Notes under the pieces: generated by a model | Databases searched by the model: none | The model's input: the letters and a program-made list of their open reading frames with translations, nothing else | Told to the model about the DNA's origin: nothing | Made by a program: the position numbers and the translations under genes | Part shown: positions 1-10,264 of the stretch, piece after piece | How the letters are laid out: each line of letters begins with the position of its first letter | Numbering within the stretch: the first letter of the stretch is position 1 | Origin: Candidatus Poribacteria bacterium | Lineage (GTDB): Bacteria; Poribacteria; WGA-4E; WGA-3G | Length of the DNA stretch: 64,000 nucleotides | Direction: 5' to 3' | Assembly: GCA_965215265.1 (NCBI GenBank) | Contig: OZ244048.1 | Span: 800,001-864,000 of the forward strand

Positions 1-282
1 AGATGGAAAAAAAACGCGTTTTCTTAGAAAAATTGATGTCTTCGTTCTTACAATTTTTCCCACATTTGCAGGTTCGCGTGCAAAACGCGTGCGTTTTTTT
101 CACACATGTGCCTAAGTTTAAAAAAACTTTTTTCAGAATAAACAAAACTGCAAAAGAATGCCGAACCGCTTCGGATAAAAAAAATAAATACTTGACTTTT
201 TTTTAAAATTCTGATATATTTAAAATATATTGGATATTTTGGAACTTCCTGTTTTTTTGAATAATATGATGAGAGAGTTTTT

Positions 283-1032
283 ATGAAACACATTACTATT
301 TTTATAACTCTGTTTTTTATGCTCATAGTCCTGGCGGTGCCTTGCCCCGCAAAAGAACTCGTTCTACATCTCACTTTAGATGAATTGGACGGTAAGGTTG
401 CTAAAGACTTGTCGCAATTCGGTAATCATGCAACATTTGATGGCAATCCAGAGTTAATTGAGGGCGTTTTCGGACAAGCCATTGCGTTTGATGGAAAAAC
501 GTCCGCACAAATTCCAGATCATGCCAGTCTTGATATTGTTGATGGACTCACGATTGAATTCTGGGCATTCATTGAAGGCGGAGAAGCCATCCAGAGCGGT
601 GTCGAAAAAGGGACTGCGTGGGTTTCAGGCTTGTATAACCTCGCTGCACTCTACAACGGCGGCACTATTCTACAATTCTTTGACTTGCCTGATGGATGCA
701 ACGATGAAAATATCGGCCCCAATATTCAAGATGGAGAATGGCATTTTCTCGCAGGTACCTGGGATGGACAAAGCATCAAGCTCTACATTGACGGTGAACT
801 GGAAGCAGAAATGAACTGTAAAGGCGAGCTGAACCCTAACGATGACCCGCTTTTTATTGGGGCACGCGGTGGAAACCAAAGGTTTCTCACTGGTGGACTT
901 GACGAAATCAAAATGTACGACTACGCTTTGAGCAACGAAGAACTTCTCAAAGACATGGTTGAGCCAGTGACATTAAGCGTTGAGCCCGATGACAAATTGA
1001 CAACGGTTTGGAGCAGTCTAAAAACGCAATAA
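283..1032 (+). CDS. Secreted LamG-like jellyroll (concanavalin A-like) domain protein
   Basis: Signal peptide; GEWHFLAGTWDG, LYIDG and LDEIKMY are typical of LamG_3; ends VEPDDKLTTVWSSLKTQ. Confidence 0.85.
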   Translation: MKHITIFITLFFMLIVLAVPCPAKELVLHLTLDELDGKVAKDLSQFGNHATFDGNPELIEGVFGQAIAFDGKTSAQIPDHASLDIVDGLTIEFWAFIEGGEAIQSGVEKGTAWVSGLYNLAALYNGGTILQFFDLPDGCNDENIGPNIQDGEWHFLAGTWDGQSIKLYIDGELEAEMNCKGELNPNDDPLFIGARGGNQRFLTGGLDEIKMYDYALSNEELLKDMVEPVTLSVEPDDKLTTVWSSLKTQ

Positions 1033-1047
1033 CTCGCTTAATACTTT

Positions 1048-1083
1048 GACGTGCTTCCATTTTGTTGAGCAAGGAAGCACGTC
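1048..1083 (+). terminator. Intergenic stem-loop (terminator or mRNA-stabilising hairpin)
   Basis: gacgtgcttcc...ggaagcacgtc 11-bp inverted repeat just after the stop; no U-tract. Confidence 0.45.
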
Positions 1084-1102
1084 GCTACCGAAAGGAGGGT
1101 GA

Positions 1103-1765
1103 ATGAAAACAAAGACTCATTTATTTTTAACGTTTCTTCTTCTCTGGCAAGTTCAAACCCTAATCGGCTGTGCGCTGCCCTTTGGTCAAAACCGATCATC
1201 AGAAGAGCAGGTAGCGGTAGTCACAACTGACAAAGGGCAATTCGTAATTGAGTTTTATCCTGATGCTGCCCCAGTGGCAGTTGACAATTTCAAAAAACTG
1301 ATTAAGGCGAAATTTTACGATGGACTTACATTTCATCGTAAAGTTAATGGACCTGGGCTGAATATCATTCAGGGCGGGTGTCCCAAGGGAGACGGAACGG
1401 GTGGGCCCGGCTGGACTATTATTGATGAATACACCCATCCGAACCAGCGTTTACATATAAGAGGTACGGTGGCGATGGCGCGGACGAACGCGCCTAATTC
1501 ATCCGGAAGTCAATTTTACATCTGCCTAAAACCACAACCGCATCTCGACGGAGCATACACTACCTTCGGAAAAGTTATCCAAGGAATGGATGTCGTTGAC
1601 CAGTTATCAATAGGTGATGTAATGACAAAAATCCGATTGGAGGCGAAGTCAAAATATGTTAGTGCGACGACACAAGAACAACCCACACAACCTCATACTG
1701 GCCATGCTATTAATTATCGCAGTTCTGTTTACGACTCTCCTCATGAGTTGTACACAACAGGATGA
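1103..1765 (+). CDS. Cyclophilin-type peptidyl-prolyl isomerase (lipoprotein)
   Basis: FYDGLTFHR, IIQGG, GTGGPG, GTVAMART, GSQFYI, PHLDGAYTTFG; lipobox LIGC. Confidence 0.92.
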   Translation: MKTKTHLFLTFLLLWQVQTLIGCALPFGQNRSSEEQVAVVTTDKGQFVIEFYPDAAPVAVDNFKKLIKAKFYDGLTFHRKVNGPGLNIIQGGCPKGDGTGGPGWTIIDEYTHPNQRLHIRGTVAMARTNAPNSSGSQFYICLKPQPHLDGAYTTFGKVIQGMDVVDQLSIGDVMTKIRLEAKSKYVSATTQEQPTQPHTGHAINYRSSVYDSPHELYTTG

Positions 1766-2261
1766 ACAGAAGGCACCCGTGCCGCGTCAACGCCGTTCCG
1801 GCACTAGCGACGTGCAGACCACTGCGAAGCCAAAGACGGATCCGGCCAGTGTGATAGCTGTCATTGAGACAGCAAAGGGCAACATTGAATTTGAATTTCT
1901 CGCAACTGAAGCCCCGGAAACTTCACATAACTTCATCAAAAACGCGAAAGTTAATTATTATAAAGGCGAAAAATTCCATCGCGTCGAACCACTCCTCATC
2001 CAAGCCGGATCCCGGTTCGTGGTCGACCAGACTATCCCCATTGAAAACGCATCGCAAAAGATGTCAAGAGGGGTTGTCGCGATGGCAAAAGAAGAAGGCG
2101 CAAGCGTCGCTGATGCTTCCCAATTCTTTATCTGTCGAGATACCACCCTCGTTGATAGCGATTATACCATCTTTGGAAACGTTATCAGCGGAATGGAAGT
2201 AGTTGACAAAATCGCTATAGACGATGCTATTATTAATATCAGCATCCGAGACAAGGAGTAG
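1656..2261 (+). CDS. Second, divergent cyclophilin-type PPIase (lipoprotein); start may be 1704
   Basis: IETAKGNI, FHRV, GVVAMAK, SQFFI, YTIFGNVISGMEVVDKI; lipobox LLMSC. Confidence 0.85.
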   Translation: MLVRRHKNNPHNLILAMLLIIAVLFTTLLMSCTQQDEQKAPVPRQRRSGTSDVQTTAKPKTDPASVIAVIETAKGNIEFEFLATEAPETSHNFIKNAKVNYYKGEKFHRVEPLLIQAGSRFVVDQTIPIENASQKMSRGVVAMAKEEGASVADASQFFICRDTTLVDSDYTIFGNVISGMEVVDKIAIDDAIINISIRDKE

Positions 2262-2372
2262 AATCTTGTAGGGCTTTTAAAGTAACCTACTTTATGAAAG
2301 CAGAATCAAGATTGGTGCGTGTCACGCGAAAGTTCCATGCGCTGACACGCCCTAATCATAACGGAGAAAGAT

Positions 2373-2744
2373 ATGGCATTAACAGTTATTCGTACAGCAC
2401 GACCCAGTCCGGTTTGGCAGGAAAGTTACGTTCGCGTGAAAAAAGGACAGCGCCTCGTTATTGACGCAGAAGGTGCCTGGTCGCCAGACTTGCAAAATAG
2501 AACGGGTTGGTGCGGCGGCGACGGCATCGCAAATACTCCAGGAGACTCCTCTTACCTATTACCCGGCACAAACATCGGCGCACTCATCGTTAAAATTGCA
2601 TCCACAGTATTTGCTGCCGGATCTCGTTACGACAATCCCGCACCAGCTGATGGCGTTATTTTTCTCGCAATGAATGAAAACCCAAACAATAACAATCAAG
2701 CCGGTAGCTTGCTCGCACAAATCATTATTTTTGACGAAGCATAG
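2373..2744 (+). CDS. LecA/PA-IL-like lectin-fold protein
   Basis: About 120 aa; GALIVKI and LAMNE..NQAGSL resemble PA-IL GALVMKI and LIYND..NNSGSF; SD ggag upstream. Confidence 0.6.
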   Translation: MALTVIRTARPSPVWQESYVRVKKGQRLVIDAEGAWSPDLQNRTGWCGGDGIANTPGDSSYLLPGTNIGALIVKIASTVFAAGSRYDNPAPADGVIFLAMNENPNNNNQAGSLLAQIIIFDEA

Positions 2745-2758
2745 AAAGGAAAATTGAT

Positions 2759-3127
2759 ATGGATGAGCCAATTGAACAAGAGGAACAAAAACTCCCGCCT
2801 ATGAACTTTATCTCTTTTCTGGCAGATCAAGTGACTATGGCGCAGCTGTACCTAGCAGGAATACGCAACCCGGAAACAGATCAAGTGGTTGTCAACCTGC
2901 CCTTAGTGAAACGAATTATTGACGGATTAGAGATACTACAAGAGAAAACGAAGGGAAACCTTACTGCACCCGAATCAAATTACTTGGCAAATTCACTCTA
3001 TGAACTCAGAATGAATTACATCCGGACCGCAAACCAAGCGAATAAGTCACAAAAGGAGGCCCAGCAAGAGGAGAATCTACAAGAAGATGAACCGCAAACG
3101 GACACTCTGCAAGACGAAACGTCTTGA
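2759..3127 (+). CDS. DUF1844 family protein
   Basis: IDGLEILQEKTKGNLT.E...L...LYELRMNY signature. Confidence 0.85.
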   Translation: MDEPIEQEEQKLPPMNFISFLADQVTMAQLYLAGIRNPETDQVVVNLPLVKRIIDGLEILQEKTKGNLTAPESNYLANSLYELRMNYIRTANQANKSQKEAQQEENLQEDEPQTDTLQDETS

Positions 3128-3196
3128 AGAATGCACTAGAAATTGGGTTAAGTACCGTTAGATTTCTAAAGAAAACGAAAAGGAGAAAATTCCGCT

Positions 3197-4237
3197 ATGG
3201 AGTTCTATCACGGTACAACCCTGAAAAGCGCGCGGCTCATCGTTCAAAACGGTTTTCGCCCACGAGGCGGGGCAGTTTGGTTCACAACGCAACTCGGATA
3301 TGCCAGAAATCGTGCTGAACAAAAGGCACGGAGGCGACATGGACGACCGCTTATCTTCAAATGCAACCTCCGACTTGCTGATCTTCAGGCACACACCGGA
3401 TTAGGAAAAATTCGGAGAAGAGGGAGTGTCATCGCCATTCATAATTCACTTGATGTTCAACCTCTGCAATCCACTTTTGAATTCGTCGCCTCTCCGGAAT
3501 TGCTGGCGCGTTGGATTAATAGCCAACTTGGATTGTTCCCTTACAACGGCGTGAGCCCATCAAACTGGGGTGTCGAACGACTATCCCATTGGATGAACAA
3601 TCGGATTGGATGCGGTACCGGAAATCGAATAGATCCGGATGAATTTCTACAAAAAGGCAGACAGTGGCTCCCGACGTTTTTCAACAAATTGGGGTTCGGA
3701 GCAGAAACCGTGCCACTCTATCCACTAAAGCACAACACTTTAAGGGTTAAAGTGGTTCTGCCGGCAAAAGCAAACCCCGTGCATGAGAAAACCGAGCATG
3801 CTGAAATTATAAAGATACTTGCCTCTGCAAATCCAAAGCGGCGGATCCGCGGGCTTAAACTTTTAGAGAAAACTGGGATTGAAGAATTATTTGAATGGTG
3901 TATCTTGCAGCTCAATGACGAATCGGTTGAAGTTGTCTGTACGGCACTGCGAATCATGAGCCGGTGCGATGATGGATACATTGCTCCTATTTTGCCCTAC
4001 GCGGCACATGAAAACAGACGTATTCGTGCAGGGGCAATCGCCGCACTGGCAAAACACACCGCTGAAGACACCGATTACTGGTTTGAACGTGGACTTAAAG
4101 ACTCTGCACCTTGTGTCCGGATGGAAGTTGCAAGACTCTTACCGGGGTTGGATAGGACAGCGCATCGAACCGTCTTTGACATTGCAAGGCACGATCCGCA
4201 TCCCGTGATAAAACGTATTGCCAAAAAACGGGCTTAG
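3197..4237 (+). CDS. HEAT-repeat protein with N-terminal ADP-ribosyltransferase-like (HGT) domain
   Basis: N-terminus FYHGT..ARLIVQNGF..VWFTT..YA; C-terminal HEAT_2 repeats (LNDESVEV, HENRRIRAGA, LKDSAPCVRMEVA, HDPHPVIK). Confidence 0.65.
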   Translation: MEFYHGTTLKSARLIVQNGFRPRGGAVWFTTQLGYARNRAEQKARRRHGRPLIFKCNLRLADLQAHTGLGKIRRRGSVIAIHNSLDVQPLQSTFEFVASPELLARWINSQLGLFPYNGVSPSNWGVERLSHWMNNRIGCGTGNRIDPDEFLQKGRQWLPTFFNKLGFGAETVPLYPLKHNTLRVKVVLPAKANPVHEKTEHAEIIKILASANPKRRIRGLKLLEKTGIEELFEWCILQLNDESVEVVCTALRIMSRCDDGYIAPILPYAAHENRRIRAGAIAALAKHTAEDTDYWFERGLKDSAPCVRMEVARLLPGLDRTAHRTVFDIARHDPHPVIKRIAKKRA

Positions 4238-4375
4238 CGTCCAAGGTGTTAAATTTATAGGGGAGACTCGTGTTAGAACATCCAGAGTATGATATACAAG
4301 CTCGTTCTATAGGCAGGCAGGCATCGAATCGTTAATCTAAAGGGAACCCCTCAATACAGCAAATTTCTGCCTGAT

Positions 4376-5407
4376 ATGAACTATCAACGCAAATTTATCA
4401 TTGCTTTTACCCTCTTAACTGCACTTATTTTCTGTGGAACTATCGGTTATGCACTGCTTGAAAGAAACAACACAGAAAGGTCTTGGACACTCCTCGATGC
4501 AATTTATATGACCGTTATTACCTTAACGACAGTTGGGTATAACGATATGGATATAAGCGATGCAGGACGCATTTTCACCGTCTTTCTCCTTATCGGTGGA
4601 TTCGGAGTATTCACCTATAGTGTGAGTGTTGCAACTGCTTTTTTTCTTGAGGGCCAACTCCAGGATTTTTTCCGACTCAGAAGAATGATTAGAACTGTTG
4701 AAAAATTATCAAACCACTATATTATTTGCGGCCTGGGAGATACAGGCATCCATGTGCTTGAAGAGATGATTAACGCGGAAGTGCCGTTTGTCGGCATTGA
4801 GATGGAAGAAGAACGGCTCCTCCAGCTTGCAGATAATCACGATTTTCCATACATCCACGGTGACGCAACCGATGATGAGGTACTGATACGGGCAAGCGTT
4901 GAACGGGCACGCGGGCTCGTCACATGTCTCAGTCGAGATCAGGATAACTTATTTGTAGTCATTTCTGCGAAAAACCTAAATCCATATCTCAGAGTTGCCT
5001 CTAAAGCCGTTGAGAATAATTCACCTAAAAAACTCATGCGGGCAGGTGCGGATGAAGTCGTCCAACCTGACCAGATTGGCGGCATACGGCTTGCAAGTGG
5101 AATACTTGAACCACATTTTGTGGATTTTTTGTCAAATATCATGCAAAATCAGCAGAAAAATCGTTTTCACGAGTCCATCATTCAGGAAAATTCTAAGCTG
5201 GTTGGACAGTCATTTGCAGTGGCACGTATTCGAGATCAGACCGGCCTCGTTGTTATCGCTATCCGTAGTAAAGCAGGAAAATTTATCTATAATCCATCTG
5301 GAGATAGGGAACTAGAAGTAGGGGATGCGCTTTTGGTTATTGCTAACAAGCCAGAGCTTGATAGGCTTCACCAGCTTACCGGAGATACCGATTATTCGCA
5401 GTTCTAA
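4376..5407 (+). CDS. Potassium channel with TrkA-N/TrkA-C (RCK) domains
   Basis: Two TM helices, TLTTVGY pore motif, HYIICGLGDTG, GDATD, C-terminal TrkA-C. Confidence 0.92.
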   Translation: MNYQRKFIIAFTLLTALIFCGTIGYALLERNNTERSWTLLDAIYMTVITLTTVGYNDMDISDAGRIFTVFLLIGGFGVFTYSVSVATAFFLEGQLQDFFRLRRMIRTVEKLSNHYIICGLGDTGIHVLEEMINAEVPFVGIEMEEERLLQLADNHDFPYIHGDATDDEVLIRASVERARGLVTCLSRDQDNLFVVISAKNLNPYLRVASKAVENNSPKKLMRAGADEVVQPDQIGGIRLASGILEPHFVDFLSNIMQNQQKNRFHESIIQENSKLVGQSFAVARIRDQTGLVVIAIRSKAGKFIYNPSGDRELEVGDALLVIANKPELDRLHQLTGDTDYSQF

Positions 5408-5689
5408 CACAAAACTAGAAATAAAACCAGCATCAAGAAAGAGAATGTCACACCGGCGATTTAGAGAACGTTACATAACATGGAACTAAACCACCCTGAA
5501 GTATGGAAATTGCAAGATGTTTTCAACTAGGGTATAATAGAAAAATGTTTTTCTTTTTCGGATTCGCTTGAAGACTCATAGATGTATGGAATCGGAACCT
5601 CTGTGAACCTTCAAATTTAGGGAAAAAAGAAAGTATCCGCGTAAGAGCAGCACACTCGCAGCTCGCCCACAGCACAATAGGAATACTAT

Positions 5690-7228
5690 ATGCTTGCAAG
5701 AGTCCTCAGCAGCGCAATGCTGGGAATTGATGCCTATATCGTTAAAGTTGAGGTGGATGTCGCAGACGGCCTTCCGGCTTTCAGTACCGTAGGCTTACCT
5801 GACAGTGCCATTAGGGAGAGCAAAGACAGGGTTACGGCGGCAATTAAGAACTCCGACTACTACTTTCCCCCGGGACGCATCACTGCCAACCTCGCCCCCG
5901 CGGACATCCGGAAGGCCGGATCCGCCTTCGATCTTCCGATTGCAATGGGTGTCATGGGTGCTACCAATCAGGTCAGGGTAGAACGGCTTGAGAACACCAT
6001 GGTTTTAGGAGAACTCGCACTTGACGGTAGCATCCGGAGCATCCAGGGGGTCCTTCCGATGGCGATCGCCGCAAAACAGAATAAACTGCAAGATATCATC
6101 CTGCCCGCTGAAAATGCAAAAGAAGCAGCAATCGTTGAGGAATTGAACGTCTATCCGGTCGCTAATCTCACTGATGCTGCGGCGTTCCTAAACGGCACGA
6201 AAAAGATATTGCCCGAACCTCACACCCTCGGTTCCGAGGCACACTCACACCCATTGAACGCAGGGCTTGATTTAGCTGATGTTAAAGGACAAGAACATGT
6301 CAAACGTGCGATTGAAATCGCCGCAGCAGGTGGACATAACCTGATTATGATTGGGCCACCTGGTTCTGGGAAAACTATGATTGCCAAACGCATTCCATCA
6401 CTCCTGCCCCGGCTCTCTATGGATGAATCGCTTGAAACAACAAAAATTCAGAGCATCGTTGGAATCCTACCGAGTGACATGCCGTTGGTTGTAACGCGTC
6501 CCTACCGTTCACCACACCACACCATTTCAGATGCTGGGTTAATCGGCGGGGGGCAGGTGCCGCGTCCGGGTGAAGTGAGCCTAGCACACAACGGTGTTCT
6601 CTTTTTAGACGAGCTCCCTGAATTTCGCAGAAACGTGCTTGAAGTCATGCGGCAGCCGTTAGAAGATCGACACGTGACTATCTCACGTGCTGCTGCGTCG
6701 CTCACTTACCCTGCAAATTTCATGCTCGTCGCAGCGATGAATCCTTGTCCATGCGGATTCTTCAGCGATCCGAACCGCAGCTGCAAATGTACACCGAACC
6801 AAATTCAAAACTACGTCTCTCGTATCTCCGGGCCGCTATTAGATAGGATTGATATTCAGGTTGAGGTGCCTGCGGTAAAGTACGCCGAACTCTCGGCACA
6901 GACGGCCGGGGAACCATCCGAAACCGTGCGTGAACGGGTTGAAACAGCACGGAAAAAGCAACACAAGCGGTTTCAAGGTACAAAAATCCATGCCAACGCG
7001 GATATGGAATCCAAGCAAATTCGAGAATACTGTCAAGTTGATGCAGAGTCACAGGATTTGCTGCGGATCGCTATTAATCAATTAGGACTCAGTGCTCGTG
7101 CCTACGATCGAATTTTGAAAGTCTCGCGCACCATCGCAGATGTAGAACAGCACGCCTCTATTCAAGCAGGGCATGTCTCCGAAGCGATACAGTATCGTAG
7201 TTTAGATCGGAATTTTTGGAAAAAATAG
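5690..7228 (+). CDS. comM: YifB/ComM Mg-chelatase-like AAA+ ATPase
   Basis: VGLPD, GPPGSGKT, RSPHHT, GEVSLAHNGVLFLDE, NPCPCG, SGPLLDRID. Confidence 0.95.
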   Translation: MLARVLSSAMLGIDAYIVKVEVDVADGLPAFSTVGLPDSAIRESKDRVTAAIKNSDYYFPPGRITANLAPADIRKAGSAFDLPIAMGVMGATNQVRVERLENTMVLGELALDGSIRSIQGVLPMAIAAKQNKLQDIILPAENAKEAAIVEELNVYPVANLTDAAAFLNGTKKILPEPHTLGSEAHSHPLNAGLDLADVKGQEHVKRAIEIAAAGGHNLIMIGPPGSGKTMIAKRIPSLLPRLSMDESLETTKIQSIVGILPSDMPLVVTRPYRSPHHTISDAGLIGGGQVPRPGEVSLAHNGVLFLDELPEFRRNVLEVMRQPLEDRHVTISRAAASLTYPANFMLVAAMNPCPCGFFSDPNRSCKCTPNQIQNYVSRISGPLLDRIDIQVEVPAVKYAELSAQTAGEPSETVRERVETARKKQHKRFQGTKIHANADMESKQIREYCQVDAESQDLLRIAINQLGLSARAYDRILKVSRTIADVEQHASIQAGHVSEAIQYRSLDRNFWKK

Positions 7229-7255
7229 AGCAAAACCACCTCAACGGAGAAGAAA

Positions 7256-8605
7256 ATGCCACCTAATTTTATCCTATTTTTGACAGACGACCAGGGCTAC
7301 GCGGATTTGTCTTGTATGGGCGCGCCAGATTTCAAAACGCCTCACTTGGATAGAATGGCAACAGAAGGCGCACGTTTTACTGACTGGTACTCTAACTCAC
7401 CGGTCTGTTCGCCTTCCCGCGCTGCATTGCTGACAGGACGGTATCCGTGCCATGCGGGGGTCCGTTCCATCTTAGCCGGACACCGTACCGCTACAGGCTT
7501 ACCTCCGTCTGTACCGACTCTCGCCACCGCTCTCAAGAAACACGGTTATTACACCGCTATGTCCGGTAAATGGCACTTAGGACTTGCAGAGGGCTCCCGA
7601 CCCGAGGACCACGGGTTTGATGATTGGTTCGGCTTTATGGCAGGATGCATCGATTTCTTCTCGCATATCTTTTACTGGGGCATGGCACAACAGGGAATCG
7701 ACCAGACGCACGATCTCTGGGAAAATGGGGAAGAGATATATCGAAACGGAGAATACTTTACCGAGTTAATCACGGAATACGCGCTCAGATACATCCGGAA
7801 AGCGGTTGAATTGGGCAAACCGTTTTTCCTATACGTACCGTATAACGCACCACATTACCCCATGCACGCACCACAGAAATACGTTGATCGGTTTCCAAAC
7901 ATGCCTTGGGCTCGGCAGATTATGGCGGCAATGCTGAGTGCAGTTGACGATAGCGTTGGGGAAATTTTCGCAGAACTGGAACGACAAGGCATCGCAGAAA
8001 ACACTTTCTCCTATTTCCAAAGTGATAACGGGCCTTCCCGGGAAACCCGAAATTGGTTAGACGGAACGCAAGACCCGTACTACGGCGGCACCACAGGAAA
8101 ACTGAAAGGACATAAATTTAGCCTTTATGAAGGCGGTATCCGCTCCCCAGGCATTATGAACTGGCCAGAACGCATCCCCGCAGGACAAGTTATCAGTGAA
8201 TCCGGCGCAGCTATGGATGTGTTCCCAACGTTCCTTAATGCTGCAGGTGGAGATGCTTCTACGTATGAACTTGATGGACTTGATCTTCTCCGCATGGTTG
8301 CTGACGGTGAGCCAACTCCACACCGTGCACTCTATTGGGAGATGGGCAAACAGACCGCTATCCGTCAGGGAAAATGGAAACTCGTCCTCAATGGCCAATT
8401 AGTCGAAGGCGCACCCCCGGAAGACGACATCCATCTCGCTGACCTTGAAACCGATATCGGGGAAACCGAGAATCGCTGTTCCTGCCATCCAGAACGCACC
8501 GCCGAACTCACCGAAGCAGCGCAAAACTGGCGAGAACAGATTGAAATACATTGGCAAAATCAATGGACAACGCCTAACGGAACAACCGGATATGTCAAGA
8601 GGTAG
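7256..8605 (+). CDS. Arylsulfatase-family (type I, Cys) sulfatase
   Basis: [37 protein letters not shown]. Confidence 0.95.
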   Translation: MPPNFILFLTDDQGYADLSCMGAPDFKTPHLDRMATEGARFTDWYSNSPVCSPSRAALLTGRYPCHAGVRSILAGHRTATGLPPSVPTLATALKKHGYYTAMSGKWHLGLAEGSRPEDHGFDDWFGFMAGCIDFFSHIFYWGMAQQGIDQTHDLWENGEEIYRNGEYFTELITEYALRYIRKAVELGKPFFLYVPYNAPHYPMHAPQKYVDRFPNMPWARQIMAAMLSAVDDSVGEIFAELERQGIAENTFSYFQSDNGPSRETRNWLDGTQDPYYGGTTGKLKGHKFSLYEGGIRSPGIMNWPERIPAGQVISESGAAMDVFPTFLNAAGGDASTYELDGLDLLRMVADGEPTPHRALYWEMGKQTAIRQGKWKLVLNGQLVEGAPPEDDIHLADLETDIGETENRCSCHPERTAELTEAAQNWREQIEIHWQNQWTTPNGTTGYVKR

Positions 8606-8609
8606 TAAC

Positions 8610-9368
8610 ATGCTAAATTACAATCAAGACGCTTACGGGCATCTGCTCTCTGACTATCACAAAGGACAAGAAAACGTGCTGGAAATTATTGAACGCGAGG
8701 ACGGCTTGATCACCGCTAGCCCTTCACATCCTCAAGCATATTTTCATGAATATTCAGCCTGGCCTGAACATCAAAAACAGGGAATCAAATATGCCGCCGG
8801 CAGAATTTTGGATGTTGGAAGCGGGGCCGGATGCCATGCCCTCTATCTTCAGAAACAAGGACACGATGTCCTCGGAACCGATAATTCACCCCTGGCAATT
8901 CAACTTTGCCAACACCGAGGGCTAAAAAATGCGCAGGTAATGTCCATTACCCAACTCAGTCCTAAACTCGGCACGTTTGATACATTTCTCATGCTGGGAA
9001 ACAATTTTGGACTTGTCAGCAATTTCAAGAGAGCCCGGTGGCTGCTAAAACGTTTTGCAACCATGACAACCCAAACCGCAAAAATTATTGCCGAAGCTAC
9101 AAACCCTTATGAAACTGAAGACCAGCTACATCTTCACTATCACCAAGTTAACCGCGATAGAGGTAGGATGAGCGGCCAATTAAGACTGCGAGTTCGGCAC
9201 AAAAAATATGCGACACCGTGGTTTGATTACTTGTTTCTCTCAAAATCAGAATTGGATTCCATACTCCAAGGCACTAATTGGACAGTTGAACGCTATATTG
9301 ACAATACAGATACACCCTCTTATATCGCAATCCTACAAAAGCTATCACCCGCGAAGGATACGTCATGA
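8610..9368 (+). CDS. Class I SAM-dependent methyltransferase
   Basis: ILDVGSGAG motif I; start placed at ATG 8610 after agagg. Confidence 0.85.
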   Translation: MLNYNQDAYGHLLSDYHKGQENVLEIIEREDGLITASPSHPQAYFHEYSAWPEHQKQGIKYAAGRILDVGSGAGCHALYLQKQGHDVLGTDNSPLAIQLCQHRGLKNAQVMSITQLSPKLGTFDTFLMLGNNFGLVSNFKRARWLLKRFATMTTQTAKIIAEATNPYETEDQLHLHYHQVNRDRGRMSGQLRLRVRHKKYATPWFDYLFLSKSELDSILQGTNWTVERYIDNTDTPSYIAILQKLSPAKDTS

Positions 9369-10264
9369 CAGCCTTTAAATTCGCGTTTATTACAGACACG
9401 CATCTTTACCCGAACGCACCGGAAAACTTTGCAAGTGGACTGCAACAACAGAAAAATAGTATTGAACTCTATGAAAAATTGATTGAACAACTGAACACGT
9501 TCGATCCAGCATTTGTAATACATGGCGGCGACATTGTTTGCGGCGGTAAAAATTTTGACATGTCAGCAGACGAATATGAATACGCCCTGCACCACGCAAA
9601 ACGGCTCGGAGAACAACTAAAGGTGCCATGCTATTATATCCCCGGAAACCACGATCTGGATCCAGAGACCGGTTCCAAGGCTTCTTATATGAGACTCTTT
9701 GGGATAAATGGTCAGGCATATCACAGTTTGGTACATAACAATATCCGGTTTATCCTATTAGACGCGCAAGAAGTCCCCGAAGACCTCACGCACGGTTATG
9801 TTAGCACAGCACAACTCGCATGGTTAGAACATGAATTAAAAGTAGCTAAAGATAAAAGAGAAGAAGTTTTTATCTTCTCGCATCAACTCCTTTTTCCGAA
9901 TGTCGAGTTCCAGGGAATCGGTTCAAGAATTGGCAATTCTGCGGAAATGCTCGAAATCATAGCACCTTTCGAAAAAAATATATTGGGCTGTTTCTGCGGG
10001 CATTTGCATCTCAATCGTGTATTTCAAGAACAAGGCATGCGGTGCATCATTACTGCCGGCATTATCTGCTACCCCATGACTTACCGCAAAGTTTATGTTA
10101 ATACAGATAACATTGCGATTCGATCCGAGCAGGTAGCACTGCCAGAGGTGTTTGCCCGTTCGGAAGCAGTAAATGCTGATAATAATCCGTACCTCTCTGG
10201 CCGTGCATCGGATCAGGATTTTGACATACCGAGAAAAATGCAGTCCGTGGCAGCTAATGTATGA
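9365..10264 (+). CDS. Calcineurin-like metallophosphoesterase
   Basis: DTH, GGD, PGNHD, GHLH motifs. Confidence 0.9.
   Translation: MTAFKFAFITDTHLYPNAPENFASGLQQQKNSIELYEKLIEQLNTFDPAFVIHGGDIVCGGKNFDMSADEYEYALHHAKRLGEQLKVPCYYIPGNHDLDPETGSKASYMRLFGINGQAYHSLVHNNIRFILLDAQEVPEDLTHGYVSTAQLAWLEHELKVAKDKREEVFIFSHQLLFPNVEFQGIGSRIGNSAEMLEIIAPFEKNILGCFCGHLHLNRVFQEQGMRCIITAGIICYPMTYRKVYVNTDNIAIRSEQVALPEVFARSEAVNADNNPYLSGRASDQDFDIPRKMQSVAANV

Noticed and set aside
1-280. ORFs 3-206 and 48-374, and aaaacgcgtttt palindromes
   Set aside because: AT-rich homopolymeric promoter region; the ORFs look spurious and the palindromes are too short to support a call.
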